The notes: a model not told the origin generated them from the sequence alone. A DNA stretch of 59,037 nucleotides from a bacterium (GCA_026394155.1 JAPKYT010000109.1:1-59037), one strand, 5' to 3'. Positions 25,132 to 34,467 are shown, counted from the first letter of the stretch. Program-made: numbers and translations.

Positions 25132-25203
25132 AGATTCCGGCCGGGTTGCGCGCGGTCACGTGTTCAAGCGGGGCAGGCGAAGAGCGAAGACGCCTGCCGC
25201 CGC
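25132..25203 (+). repeat. stem-loop repeat, disrupted copy H3
   Basis: gattccggccgggttgcg (25132-25149) is identical to the H4 5' half. The sequence then diverges; cgaagac reappears at 25184-25190 inside a new hairpin ggcaggc..gcctgcc. Confidence 0.5.
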
Positions 25204-25309
25204 GAGAAAAAGAGCGCACGGCCGTGCGCGGCTACGAAGAACGGACACACACAGCAAGCTGTGTAACTACGAACCGACCCCAAATCCCCTGTGAGTCGGG
25301 AGGAGAGAA

Positions 25310-25346
25310 GATAATGCGAAAGCCCGGCGGTGATGACCGCCGGGCT
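25310..25346 (-). terminator. terminator candidate for the M42 peptidase gene
   Basis: 11-bp stem aagcccggcgg (25319-25329) / ccgccgggctt (25336-25346), 6-nt loop. The minus-strand tail is UUUCGCAUUAUC. It lies 31 nt beyond the stop at 25377. Confidence 0.5.
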
Positions 25347-25376
25347 TCTTATTCGCCAAGACGTGGAGAGAGCGTT

Positions 25377-26426
25377 TTACAACTTGTCCCCCAGACCGTA
25401 GCCGGTACCGGCCGTGGTTTGCAGATAAGCGGCCAAGAGTCCGACCGCGCCTTCCAAATCTTTCTTGTGGACCGTTTCCACCGTGGAGTGAACGTAGCGC
25501 AGCGGCACCGAAATGGTCGCCACGGCGCAGTGCCCGGTGACGCGCTGCATGGCTCCAGCGTCGGTTCCTCCGCGCGGAAGGATTTCCATCTGGTGTTTGA
25601 TCTTCTTCCGTTTGGCCGCCCGGCGCAGCTCCTGCACCAGCTTGGGATTGGAGATGGATAAGCCGTCCATGATCTTGATGGCCACGCCGTCGCCTAACTT
25701 GCTGATGTAGTCCTTGGCGTCGCTGCCCGGGATGTCGCTGGCAATGGTGATGTCGAGCGCAATGCCCACGTCCGGGCGTACGTCGCGCGCCGCGGCCATC
25801 GCGCCGCGAATGCCAACTTCCTCCTGCGTCGTCGCCACCGCATAAATGTCCACCGCCGCGTTCTTCACCCGGCGCAGCGCCTCGATCATCAGCCACACGC
25901 CCACTCGGTTGTCGAGTGCCTTGCCCGTGAGGCAGTTTCCCATGTCCGTCAAATCGCGCGCCATCGTAACAGGATCGCCGATGTCCACCAGCTTTTCCAC
26001 CTGTTTGGCGGGCAGACCCACGTCCACGAAGTAATCGGTGACTTTGAGGGCTTTCTTCGCCTCCTCTTCGCTCAGCACGTGCACCGGCCGCGTACCCATG
26101 ACTCCGAGGAGCCGTTTGGTTGCGGTGTGGACGTAGACGCGCTGGCTCATGAGCGTTCGCGGATCGAACCCGCCTAAGGGCTGAAAGCGAATGAAGCCGG
26201 TCTTGTCCACATGGCTCACCAGAAAGCCGATCTCGTCCATGTGCGCCGCCAGCATGACCTTGGCTTTGCCTTTGCCCTTGCGCACGCCGATCAGGTTTCC
26301 CATCGCATCGCCGCTGACTTTGCAGCCTGCGGCCAAGAGCTCCCTGCGAATAAGCGCCCTTATGCCCTCTTCCCGCCCGGACACAGCGTGGCTTTCACAG
26401 AGGTCTTTTAGTAGTTTGAAATTCAT
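25377..26426 (-). CDS. M42-family glutamyl aminopeptidase / FrvX-CelM-like
   Basis: MNFKLLKDLCESHAVSGREEGIRALI........C.V..DAMGNLIG..KG......M.AAHMDEIGF.V.H.D..GF.RF.P.GG.D....... and later ALDNR.G, ..T.QEEVG.RGA....., ..A.D.T. Confidence 0.9.
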   Translation of the reverse strand: MNFKLLKDLCESHAVSGREEGIRALIRRELLAAGCKVSGDAMGNLIGVRKGKGKAKVMLAAHMDEIGFLVSHVDKTGFIRFQPLGGFDPRTLMSQRVYVHTATKRLLGVMGTRPVHVLSEEEAKKALKVTDYFVDVGLPAKQVEKLVDIGDPVTMARDLTDMGNCLTGKALDNRVGVWLMIEALRRVKNAAVDIYAVATTQEEVGIRGAMAAARDVRPDVGIALDITIASDIPGSDAKDYISKLGDGVAIKIMDGLSISNPKLVQELRRAAKRKKIKHQMEILPRGGTDAGAMQRVTGHCAVATISVPLRYVHSTVETVHKKDLEGAVGLLAAYLQTTAGTGYGLGDKL

Positions 26427-26467
26427 GGAGATACCCGCGAGTGGTTGGTGAACATCATGCGTGTAGT

Positions 26468-26496
26468 AGTGTACGATAACGCAGGAAATGTTGCAA
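26468..26496 (-). promoter_or_regulatory. sigma70-type promoter candidate for the M42 peptidase gene
   Basis: The minus strand reads TTGCAA (26496-26491), 17-nt spacer, TACACT (26473-26468). It lies ~40 nt upstream of the ATG at 26426. Confidence 0.45.
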
Positions 26497-26501
26497 GTAC
26501 C

Positions 26502-26541
26502 AATTCCGGCCGGGTTGCGAAGACTTAACCCGGCTCGGCGG
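26502..26541 (+). repeat. 39-40-nt stem-loop repeat, copy H4
   Basis: aattccggccgggttgcgaagacttaacccggctcggcgg. Stem gccgggtt/aacccggc. Same orientation as H1-H3. Confidence 0.85.
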
Positions 26542-26545
26542 CCAG

Positions 26546-26584
26546 AGTAAGAAAAGCCCGTCGTGCCGCACGCGCACGACGGGC
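26546..26584 (-). terminator. rho-independent terminator of the dcw cluster (after ftsZ)
   Basis: 11-bp stem gcccgtcgtgc (26556-26566) / gcacgacgggc (26574-26584), 7-nt loop. The minus-strand tail is UUUUCUUAC. It lies 23 nt beyond the ftsZ stop. Confidence 0.7.
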
Positions 26585-26606
26585 CCTAAGCCCCTGCCAC
26601 GGAGCC

Positions 26607-27785
26607 TTAGTCCATTTGCTTGCGGAGAAACGTCGGCACTTCAAAAGCCTCTTCTCCGACCACCAGAATTTGCCCGGTATCTTCGCGGGTCAGCGGTTTG
26701 ATGCTGACCTCGGGCACGCGCACGACTCTCGGCTCGAACGAGCGCACCTCGGTGGGCACGGCCTTCAACGGTTCGAACAGCTTGCCGTTCCCGCCGCGGT
26801 GCGCCATCTTGACGTCAGCCTGATTGAACCCGGTGGCGATCACCGTCACCTGCAGCTCGCCGTTGGCATTGGGGTCGTTCACCGCGCCGAAAATCACTTC
26901 CGCATCTTCGCCGGCGGTTTCATAGATCGCGGCCGTGGCCTCGGCGACGTCATGCAGCGTGAGATCGTTGCCGCCGGTGATGTTGATGAGAATGGCGCGC
27001 GCTCCGCGAATCGAGACTTCCTCGAGAAGTGGAGAAGAGATGGCCTGCTGAGCGGCCTCGATGGCGCGATGCTCACCGTGCCCGATGCCCACGCCCATGA
27101 GCGCGTCTCCGCGCTGGGCCATCACCGTCCGCACGTCGGCGAAATCCACGTTCACGATGCCCGGCACGGCGATCAGATCGGAAATGCCCTTGGTCGCCTG
27201 CAAGAGCACATTGTCCGCCATCTTGAAAGCTTCCACCAGCGTGGTCTCGCGCTCAACCAGAGAAATGAGCCGCTGATTCGGAATCACGATGAGCGTGTCC
27301 ACGTATTGCTTGAGTTCGACCAACCCGCGTTCGGCCTGCGCCGCGCGTTTCTTTCCCTCGAAGGCAAAGGGCTTGGTGACGACGCCCACGGTCAGTGCGC
27401 CGACGTCCTTGGCCAATTGCGCCACCACCGGCGCCGCGCCCGTGCCCGTCCCGCCGCCCATGCCCGCGGTGATGAAGACCATATCCGCGCCTTCCAGACT
27501 GCCCCGGATCTCCTCGCGGTTCTCTTCGACCGCCTGCCGTCCCAACTCGGGATTGGCGCCCGCTCCCAGACCGCGCGTGGTTTCGCGGCCGATCTGGATG
27601 CGCCGCGAGGCGGCGTTTTGCTGAAGAGCCTGCGCGTCCGTGTTCACGGCGATAAAGTCCACGCTGCACAGACCGGCCTCGATCATGCAGTTCAATGCGT
27701 TTCCGCCGGCGCCGCCCACCCCCACGACTTTCATTTTGGCGCTGCCGACGATGTCATCGGCAAACTGAAACCTCATGGAATCCAT
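26607..27785 (-). CDS. ftsZ: cell division GTPase FtsZ
   Basis: [78 protein letters not shown] 6 nt upstream of the ATG at 27785. The track's start at 27863 is an extension. Confidence 0.95.
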   Translation of the reverse strand: MDSMRFQFADDIVGSAKMKVVGVGGAGGNALNCMIEAGLCSVDFIAVNTDAQALQQNAASRRIQIGRETTRGLGAGANPELGRQAVEENREEIRGSLEGADMVFITAGMGGGTGTGAAPVVAQLAKDVGALTVGVVTKPFAFEGKKRAAQAERGLVELKQYVDTLIVIPNQRLISLVERETTLVEAFKMADNVLLQATKGISDLIAVPGIVNVDFADVRTVMAQRGDALMGVGIGHGEHRAIEAAQQAISSPLLEEVSIRGARAILINITGGNDLTLHDVAEATAAIYETAGEDAEVIFGAVNDPNANGELQVTVIATGFNQADVKMAHRGGNGKLFEPLKAVPTEVRSFEPRVVRVPEVSIKPLTREDTGQILVVGEEAFEVPTFLRKQMD

Positions 27786-27808
27786 CTCTGCTCCTTCTGA
27801 ACGTTCTA

Positions 27809-29068
27809 TTAGAATGCTCCTTGAAACCAATCCTTGATACGCGCGGGCGAATGCAGCCTCCACGCCCGACGCGGCGTACCGTCGCCGTGGCCTTTGTGCC
27901 GCCGCTGATTCGCGTAGCGCAAAAGACCGACCGCCGTGGCGAACTTGGGACCCAGCGCCAGATCATCGCCGGGCGCACCTTCCTGCGGCGCGCCGATGCG
28001 CACCGGCATGGCGAAGATCTCTTCGGCGATTTCGGTCATTCCCGGCATGGATGCGCCACCGCCGGTAATCACGGCCCCGGCTCCGATATTGTCGAGCGAG
28101 CGCGAGCGGATCAGCTCGTCGCGCGCCAGGGAGAGAATCTCCTCCACGCGCGGCGCAATGATGGACACCAGCATGGAACGGCTCATCACCCGCGGTTCGC
28201 GTCCGCCCACGCCCGGAATCTCGAGAAACTCATTTTGCTCGATGACGCGCTGGTGAGCCGCGCCGTGCTCGATCTTGATGCGCTCGGCCGCGTCCACCGA
28301 GGTGCGCAATCCCACCGCGATGTCGCGCGTGATGTAATCCCCGCCGCAACCGACCACCGCCGAGTGCCGGATCACGCTGTTCTGAAAGACGGCCACGTCA
28401 GTCGTGCCGCCGCCGAAATCCACTAACACCACGCCCAATTCCTTCTCGTCGTCGGTGAGAACGCTCTCCGCCGAGGCCAGCGGCTCGAGCACCAGCTCCT
28501 GCACCGCCAGCCCCGCCCGCTTACAGCAGGTCATGATATTCTGAGCCGACGACACGGCGCAGGTGACGATGTGCACGCTCGCTTCTAGACGCACGCCCGC
28601 CATGCCCACCGGCGAGCGGATGCCGCGCTCGGAATCCACGATATACTCCTGCGGCAGAACGTGAAGAATGCGGCGATCCATGGGCAGCAGAATCGCCCGT
28701 GCCGCGTCCACCACGCGTTCCACGTCGTTGGGAGCCACCTCGCCGGTGGGCTCGCCGCGAATCTTGCTGATGGGAATCGCGCCGCGCGAGTTGATGCTGC
28801 GGACGTGCTCGCCGGCGATGCCCACAAAGGCGGCGTGCACGCTGCAGCCGGCGATGTGCTCGGCTTCCTGCAGCGAACGCTCGATGTCCTCGGTAGTTTG
28901 CTCGAGATTGATGACCACGCCGCGCCGCAGGCCGCGCGACGGCACGCAGCCGATTCCCAGCAAGCGCAGGCCATTCTCATCCGTCGGTTCGGCGATGGCG
29001 GTGACGATCTTGGTCGTCCCGATGTCGAGGCTGCACAGCACGTTGTAATGGGGGGGTGTTTTCTTCAT
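27809..29068 (-). CDS. ftsA: cell division protein FtsA
   Basis: [14 protein letters not shown]......[20 protein letters not shown]...[16 protein letters not shown]....[25 protein letters not shown]-terminal amphipathic tail IKDWFQGAF. The ATG at 29068 overlaps the ftsQ stop (ATGA). Confidence 0.93.
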   Translation of the reverse strand: MKKTPPHYNVLCSLDIGTTKIVTAIAEPTDENGLRLLGIGCVPSRGLRRGVVINLEQTTEDIERSLQEAEHIAGCSVHAAFVGIAGEHVRSINSRGAIPISKIRGEPTGEVAPNDVERVVDAARAILLPMDRRILHVLPQEYIVDSERGIRSPVGMAGVRLEASVHIVTCAVSSAQNIMTCCKRAGLAVQELVLEPLASAESVLTDDEKELGVVLVDFGGGTTDVAVFQNSVIRHSAVVGCGGDYITRDIAVGLRTSVDAAERIKIEHGAAHQRVIEQNEFLEIPGVGGREPRVMSRSMLVSIIAPRVEEILSLARDELIRSRSLDNIGAGAVITGGGASMPGMTEIAEEIFAMPVRIGAPQEGAPGDDLALGPKFATAVGLLRYANQRRHKGHGDGTPRRAWRLHSPARIKDWFQGAF

Positions 29069-29877
29069 CCGCGAACTTGCTCCTCGACCGTTGATGAACT
29101 CTCTATTACCACAATTCTTCCCGGTACGCGCAAATCCATGCTCTGAATCGAACTCGATGTGTTGCGCGGCCGGCTGCGTAGAAGCTCCAGAGCGGCCGCC
29201 CACGCCAGTTCGCCGGCGCCTTGTCCCAACACCAAGTCCACCGTGGGATTCGCCAGCGTGGCGTGCAGATCATCGCCGCTCATGTAGATTTCGCTCAAGT
29301 TCCGCCACGCATCGCGGGAGACCGAACGCACCAGCAACGTCTGGCGCAGGAGTGCCATCGTGGCGGCATCCTTCAGTGCGGTTCCGGCCCGCAACTTGAG
29401 CGGGCGGGGAGGAGTGAGCAACGGCAGATCCCACATGCGGCCGCCGGCCAGCGGCGCGACCACCATGCTGTCCGTGGTGATCATCAGCAGCTCGCTGCCG
29501 CGCAGGGCCGCCACCGGCTCGCGCTCGGTCACGCGAATTTCCACCGTATCCGGCAGCCGCCTTCTCACGCAGGCGAAGCGGATCCACGGATGTGTTTTAA
29601 TGCGTCGCTTTGCCGCCGCCGTGGACACGCTGTACAAGGGTGTGCCGCAGGAGATGCCTGCGAGTTCGAGAATCTCACGCTCGGGAACGGCGCGCAGTCC
29701 GCGCACCACCACTTCTTGCACCCGGAAGTGCCGGCTGGATGCTTTCACCTGCGCCGCCAGCAAACGCGCCATGGGCCCGCTCCATAGGGGAGCAGTCAGC
29801 GCCGTGACCACCAGCGCCACCAGAGAACCGACCGCCCAGTTGCGAGCGCGCCGTCTTGCCTCAGATCGCGATGGCAA
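29065..29877 (-). CDS. ftsQ: cell division protein FtsQ (POTRA domain)
   Basis: Basic N-terminus plus TM (WAVGSLVALVVTALTAPLW). POTRA: FRVQEVVVRGLRAVPEREILELAGI..GTPL......AAKRRI..HPWI....VRRRLPDTVEIRVTEREPVA. Position is between murB and ftsA. Confidence 0.8.
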   Translation of the reverse strand: MPSRSEARRRARNWAVGSLVALVVTALTAPLWSGPMARLLAAQVKASSRHFRVQEVVVRGLRAVPEREILELAGISCGTPLYSVSTAAAKRRIKTHPWIRFACVRRRLPDTVEIRVTEREPVAALRGSELLMITTDSMVVAPLAGGRMWDLPLLTPPRPLKLRAGTALKDAATMALLRQTLLVRSVSRDAWRNLSEIYMSGDDLHATLANPTVDLVLGQGAGELAWAAALELLRSRPRNTSSSIQSMDLRVPGRIVVIESSSTVEEQVRG

Positions 29878-30790
29878 ACGGATCTTCCTTGAAGCCCACC
29901 GGCTTCACCTCCGGCTCAAGCAGAACGTGAAACTCATCGTACACGCGGCGACGAATCTGTCGAACCAAAGCGGCAACGTCCGTCGCCGTCGCGCCGCCCA
30001 CGTTGATGAAAATGCCCGCATGTTTGGGGGACACCATCGCCCCGCCGACGCGCGCGCCCTTGCCGCCTGCCGCTTCGATCAATCGCCCGGCGAAGTCACC
30101 CGGCGGACGCTTGAAAATCGAACCGGCCGAGGGAAAATCGAGCGGTTGCTTGGCGCGGCGCAACTTCCACACGCGCCGCATCTCGGCATAAATGCTCTGC
30201 TGGTCTCCCAGTCGCAGGGTGTAGCGGCTTTGGAGAATGATGACGTTCTCAAGTTCCGGAGCGCGGCGATAACCGAAGTGAATGTCTCCTCGCCGCAGCG
30301 TCTGGACGCGGCCGTCCTCCGACAGCGCGTCCGCTTCGGCAAAGGTGTCCGCGATCTCGGCACCGTAGGCTCCGGCGTTCATGTACAGCCCCCCGCCCAC
30401 CGATCCCGGAATTCCTGATAGCGCCTCCATCCCCGACAGACCGTGCGCGGCGACGAATCCGGTCAAGTCCAGCAGTCGCGCTCCCGGCCCAGAGCAGACT
30501 ATGTTCCCGGCCATGTGCATCCGGCACAAATCTTCCTGCGCGCGGATCACAACCCCGTCAAAGCCCTCGTCGCTGACCAGAATGTTCGATCCGAGACCCA
30601 GATAGAAAACAGGAATCCGTTCGTCCCGCGCGACGCGCAGCGCTTCGGTCAGTTCTGCAACGGTCCGCGGCTGAGCGAACACCTCCGCCGGTCCGCCGAT
30701 GCGGAAGGTGGTGTGCGGCGCCAGCGGATCGCCCGCACTTGCGGGGCACGGCAGCCGCCTGAGCAAGCGGTCACGAACGGCGGGATTCAC
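29861..30790 (-). CDS. murB: UDP-N-acetylenolpyruvoylglucosamine reductase
   Basis: L..HTTFRIGGPAEVF..P.....L......A......P.F.LG.GSN.LV.D.GF.G.VI, GIPGSVGG...MNAGAYG.EI, GS.FK.P.G..AG.LIE..G.KG...GGA.VS.KHA.F..N.G.ATA.DV..L. Confidence 0.92.
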   Translation of the reverse strand: MNPAVRDRLLRRLPCPASAGDPLAPHTTFRIGGPAEVFAQPRTVAELTEALRVARDERIPVFYLGLGSNILVSDEGFDGVVIRAQEDLCRMHMAGNIVCSGPGARLLDLTGFVAAHGLSGMEALSGIPGSVGGGLYMNAGAYGAEIADTFAEADALSEDGRVQTLRRGDIHFGYRRAPELENVIILQSRYTLRLGDQQSIYAEMRRVWKLRRAKQPLDFPSAGSIFKRPPGDFAGRLIEAAGGKGARVGGAMVSPKHAGIFINVGGATATDVAALVRQIRRRVYDEFHVLLEPEVKPVGFKEDPFAIAI

Positions 30791-32168
30791 GGTTCGACGG
30801 AGAAAGCTTGTCCGCCACGCGTGTGATGTCGCCGGCGCCCATGACCACTAAGACGTCGTCCTCGCGAATGATGTTGCGAACGGAGGCGGCAATATTGCTT
30901 GATCCGACCATTTGCACTTCTGTCGAGCCCGCCTCGCGCGCCGCGCGTTCAATGAGCGCGGACGAGATGCCTTCGATGGGCCGTTCGCGCGCGGGATAGA
31001 TGTCCGCCAACAGAATGACGTCGGCGAGATGAAGCGCGCGGCCGAAATCCGCCGCAAAATCGCGTGTGCGTGTGAACAAGTGCGGCTGGAAGAGCGCCAC
31101 CAACCGTCTCTCCGGCCAGCAGGCGTGCGCCGTTCGGAGAGTGCTCTCCACTTCGGTAGGATGATGCGCGTAATCATCCACAATGACGGTTCCGCCGCTC
31201 TCCCCTTTGATCTCGAACCGCCGCCGCACACCCGAAAACTCCGATAGAGCCGCGCGCGTGACCTCCACGGCCAAATCCAACTCGTCGGCGACGGCGATGG
31301 CCGCCAGAGCGTTCAGCACGTTATGGCGGCCGGGCACCTGCAGCCGGAACGCTCCCAGCGAAACTCCCTCACGGAAAACCTCGAAGCGCGTGTGCACGTG
31401 CTCCTGTCGCATGTCCGCGGCGTGAAAGACGCAGCCATCGCCGAATCCGTAACTCACCACCGGCCGCTTGATGCGCGGCAGAATGGCGCTGATGTTCGGC
31501 TCGTCGCCGCACACTACCACCGTTCCATAGAAGGGCACGCGGTTGGCAAAGTCCACGAAGGCGTCCTGCACGCCCGCCAGATCGCGGTAGGTATCCAGAT
31601 GCTCGGGCTCAATGGTGGTAATCACCGCCAGCGTCGGCGTGAGCTTGAGAAACGAGCGATCGAACTCATCCGCTTCCACCACCAGCAGGTCGCCGCTTCC
31701 CATCTTGGCTCCGGATTGCAGCGCGCGGACGATTCCGCCCACAATCAGCGTGGGGTTCAGATCCGCGCGTTGCAGGACGGCGCCGATCATCGAAGTCGTG
31801 GTCGTCTTGCCGTGCGTCCCCGAAATGGCGATTCCGATCTTCAGCCGCATGAGCTCCGCCAGCATCTCGCTGCGAGGAATAATGGGGATGCGCAGCTCCC
31901 GCGCGGCGCGCATTTCCACGTTCTCCGGCCGCACCGCCGACGAATAAACCACCACGTCGCAGTCGCCGACGTGTTCGGCCTTGTGCCCTTTGGAGATGGA
32001 CGCACCAAGACGAGCGAGACGCGCGGTGACCTCCGAGGTCTGAAGATCGCTCCCGCTCACCGAGAATCCTAAATTGAGAAGAACCTCCGCAATGCCGCTC
32101 ATGCCGGCGCCGCCGATTCCGATCATGTGAATGCGCCGCACGCGGCGAAAGAGTTTCGGTGTGCTCAT
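30771..32168 (-). CDS. murC: UDP-N-acetylmuramate--L-alanine ligase
   Basis: RRIHMIGIGGAGMSGIAEVLLNLGF.VSGSD, ISGTHGKTTTTSM.....A.L.PT...GG, DEFDRSFL.L.P...VIT.IE.EHLD.Y, DDYAHHPTE. Confidence 0.93.
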   Translation of the reverse strand: MSTPKLFRRVRRIHMIGIGGAGMSGIAEVLLNLGFSVSGSDLQTSEVTARLARLGASISKGHKAEHVGDCDVVVYSSAVRPENVEMRAARELRIPIIPRSEMLAELMRLKIGIAISGTHGKTTTTSMIGAVLQRADLNPTLIVGGIVRALQSGAKMGSGDLLVVEADEFDRSFLKLTPTLAVITTIEPEHLDTYRDLAGVQDAFVDFANRVPFYGTVVVCGDEPNISAILPRIKRPVVSYGFGDGCVFHAADMRQEHVHTRFEVFREGVSLGAFRLQVPGRHNVLNALAAIAVADELDLAVEVTRAALSEFSGVRRRFEIKGESGGTVIVDDYAHHPTEVESTLRTAHACWPERRLVALFQPHLFTRTRDFAADFGRALHLADVILLADIYPARERPIEGISSALIERAAREAGSTEVQMVGSSNIAASVRNIIREDDVLVVMGAGDITRVADKLSPSNRESRRS

Positions 32169-33289
32169 TGCGTTTGGGCCAGTGACAGGGCAATCCGGGC
32201 AATCTCGTCCGCGGCCTGCGGTCTCGCCAGCGCCTTCATGTTTGCGGCCATGCGCGCGCGCTTCTCATCAGATGCGAGGCACTCGCGCACCGTCTTTTCC
32301 AGTAGTTGCGGAGTGAGATCGGCATCGGCGATCAACACCGCCGCGCCTCGCTCCGCCGCGGCGCGCGCATTCGCCGTCTGATGATCGTCCGTGGCGAAAG
32401 GGTAGGGAACCAGCACGGCGGGCAGACCGGCCACGGCCAGCTCCGCCAGAGTCATCGCTCCCGCACGGCAGACGGCGAGATCAGAGACCGCGTACGCGCC
32501 CGCCATGTCTTCGATAAACGTGTGCACCACCAAATGTCTCTCGCGAATGGCTGTGTCCATGATCGCCGGATTTGCCGCGGCCGGCACTCCCAACTTTCCC
32601 GTTTGCCAGATCACGTTGAAATCGCCGAGCAAATCGTTCAAGGCCGGCGCGAGCGTTTCGTTGATCGAGCGCGCTCCCGCCGAGCCGCCGAAAACCAACA
32701 CGGTCCTGCGCGACCAATCCAGATTCCAGCGCTGCTGCGCCCGCGCACGATCTTCGATGGCAAACGACCCGCGAAGAGGATTTCCGGTGACTCTGACTTT
32801 CGCGAACCGCAAGTGCTCTTTCACTTCCTCGAAACCCGCGCACACCACGCTGGCTCGCTTTGCCAGTCGGCGCGTCGTGTAGCCGGGACGGGAATTCTGT
32901 TCTTGAATGACGGTGGGAATACCAAGCATCTGCGCTGTCCACAACACCGGCCCCATCACGTATCCGCCGGTTCCGATCACCACCTGCGGCCGAAAGGTGA
33001 GGAGAAGCCTGAGGCTTTGAGCGAAGCTAACTGTTAGCTTGAGAGGAATGAGGACATTTCTCCACCACGCCCGCCGTGAAAAACCGGAAATCCATAGCTT
33101 GCGGACGGTTTCGCCCTGCCCCGGCAGAACCGTGGCCTCCAGACCGTGCCGGGTGCCGACGAACAGAACTCTTGAACTCGGCGCAAGACGCGCCAGCGCC
33201 TGCCGGATGGCGAGCGCGGGGAACACGTGTCCGCCGGTTCCACCGCCGGCGATCATCACGTGTGTCTCTTGACCGTGAACGGAACTCAC
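32165..33289 (-). CDS. murG: UDP-N-acetylglucosamine--LPS... lipid I N-acetylglucosamine transferase MurG
   Basis: VMIAGGGTGGHVFPALAI...L, GTGGYV.GP...A...GIP.VI.EQN..PG.T.R.LA, VFGGS.GAR.IN, DL.VCRAGA.TLAEL...GLPA.LVP.P.A.DDHQ..NA. The GTG at 33289 overlaps the ftsW stop (GTGA); the ATG at 33256 is the alternative. The track's 460-aa ORF runs into ftsW. Confidence 0.9.
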   Translation of the reverse strand: MSSVHGQETHVMIAGGGTGGHVFPALAIRQALARLAPSSRVLFVGTRHGLEATVLPGQGETVRKLWISGFSRRAWWRNVLIPLKLTVSFAQSLRLLLTFRPQVVIGTGGYVMGPVLWTAQMLGIPTVIQEQNSRPGYTTRRLAKRASVVCAGFEEVKEHLRFAKVRVTGNPLRGSFAIEDRARAQQRWNLDWSRRTVLVFGGSAGARSINETLAPALNDLLGDFNVIWQTGKLGVPAAANPAIMDTAIRERHLVVHTFIEDMAGAYAVSDLAVCRAGAMTLAELAVAGLPAVLVPYPFATDDHQTANARAAAERGAAVLIADADLTPQLLEKTVRECLASDEKRARMAANMKALARPQAADEIARIALSLAQTQ

Positions 33290-34467
33290 GGCGTCCCAAA
33301 CGGCAGGCCGCCTTCCGCTCGCGTCTGCTGCGATTGACGGGAGATGTTCAGCAGCACGCCCACCGCTGCCAAGGTAATCATGAGTGACGATCCGCCGTAG
33401 CTGATGAACGGCAACGGCTGACCGGTCGCGGGCAGCAGACCCAGCGTCACGCCGACGTTCACCACCAGAGAGAGCGCGATCGCCAAGGTAATTCCCGCGC
33501 CGAGATAGTAGCCAAAACCGTCGGGCGCGCGCTGCGCCACGCGCCAAGCCCGCGCGAGCAGCAGCACGAATCCGGTCAGCAGCAGCAGCGCTCCGATGAA
33601 TCCCGATTCCTCGGCCACGATGCTGAAGATGAAATCCTTGTACGGCTCAGGGAGGAAGAAGTGTTTCTGAGTGGAATTGCCCAAGCCGATTCCCATGAGG
33701 CCGCCCTGACCGATGCCGATGAGCGATTGCTTGACGTGATAGCTCGCCCGGGCCGGTTCCAGGATGCCGTTGGCAAAGGCCGTGAGACGGCTGTGCATAT
33801 AGGGAGTGAGCCACGCCACGCAGGCCAGCGGCACGGACAGCGCGCCGCCGATAATCGCCAGCGGTTTCAGGCGCACTCCCGAGAGCAAGAAGAGCAGTGC
33901 CGACGTGCCCAGAACCAGCACCGCCATAGAGAGATTGGGTTCGATGAAGACCAGCCCGAAAGTGAGCAGTGAAACGATGAAGGCGCCGCGGTACACCTTG
34001 CGCCGGTCGAACGTGAATGGGTCTTCACGCAGCGCGGCGAAGCGCATGGCCAGATAGGCAATCAGCGCGAACTTGGCCAACTCCGCGGGCTGAAAACTGA
34101 TGCCGCCCAAGTAAATCCAGCGGTGCGCCGTGGCACCGGGGGGCTGCGGAAGAAAGAGCACGGCAATCAGCGTAGCCAAGGCCGCCACCCACAACCCCCG
34201 CGCGATGCGACCGAGGTGATGGTAATCCACAAAGGCCATGATCGTCATGCACACCAGTCCTAATCCTAATCGCCCGAGGTGATTCCGGAAGATGGCCATC
34301 GAGTCCCCGTGGTAAAGCCGCCACGAGTGAACCGCCGACGATGTGAGAACGAACATCGCGCCGCAGAGACACAGAATCAGCGCAAGCGCCAACAGCCACC
34401 CGTCGTAGCCCACGCGTTTTTCAAGTGGCATCATGCCAGCGCCGGTGGAAGAAGGTAAGGTCATCAT
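33286..34467 (-). CDS. ftsW: SEDS-family peptidoglycan glycosyltransferase FtsW
   Basis: About 10 TM segments. ..I.LGG.SFQPAELAKFALI.YLA, QS..GIG.GGL.G.GLGNS.QK..FLPE...DFIFS...EE.GFIGA, G.LP.TG.PLPFISYGGSS. Confidence 0.9.
   Translation of the reverse strand: MMTLPSSTGAGMMPLEKRVGYDGWLLALALILCLCGAMFVLTSSAVHSWRLYHGDSMAIFRNHLGRLGLGLVCMTIMAFVDYHHLGRIARGLWVAALATLIAVLFLPQPPGATAHRWIYLGGISFQPAELAKFALIAYLAMRFAALREDPFTFDRRKVYRGAFIVSLLTFGLVFIEPNLSMAVLVLGTSALLFLLSGVRLKPLAIIGGALSVPLACVAWLTPYMHSRLTAFANGILEPARASYHVKQSLIGIGQGGLMGIGLGNSTQKHFFLPEPYKDFIFSIVAEESGFIGALLLLTGFVLLLARAWRVAQRAPDGFGYYLGAGITLAIALSLVVNVGVTLGLLPATGQPLPFISYGGSSLMITLAAVGVLLNISRQSQQTRAEGGLPFGTP

Noticed and set aside
25146-25896. ORFs 25146-25661 (+, 171 aa) and 25267-25896 (-, 209 aa) near the 3' end of the M42 peptidase gene.
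   Set aside because: They overlap the well-supported M42 CDS and the repeat-rich spacer in other frames. The translations are Arg/Gly-rich with no motifs.
22874-26541. Possible CRISPR array formed by the repeated hairpins.
   Set aside because: There are only 3-4 copies per family, the copies are not identical, the spacing is irregular (from a few nt to >1 kb) with whole genes in between, and there are no cas genes.
23176-26541. An integrated mobile element or integron cassette array bounded by the direct repeats H1 and H4 (att- or attC-like).
   Set aside because: There is no integrase, transposase or recombinase gene and no GTTRRRY-type core sites. Additional degenerate copies lie inside the interval. 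The enclosed genes are on opposite strands, and one of them (M42 peptidase) has normal host-like composition. A REP/MITE-like repeat is more parsimonious.
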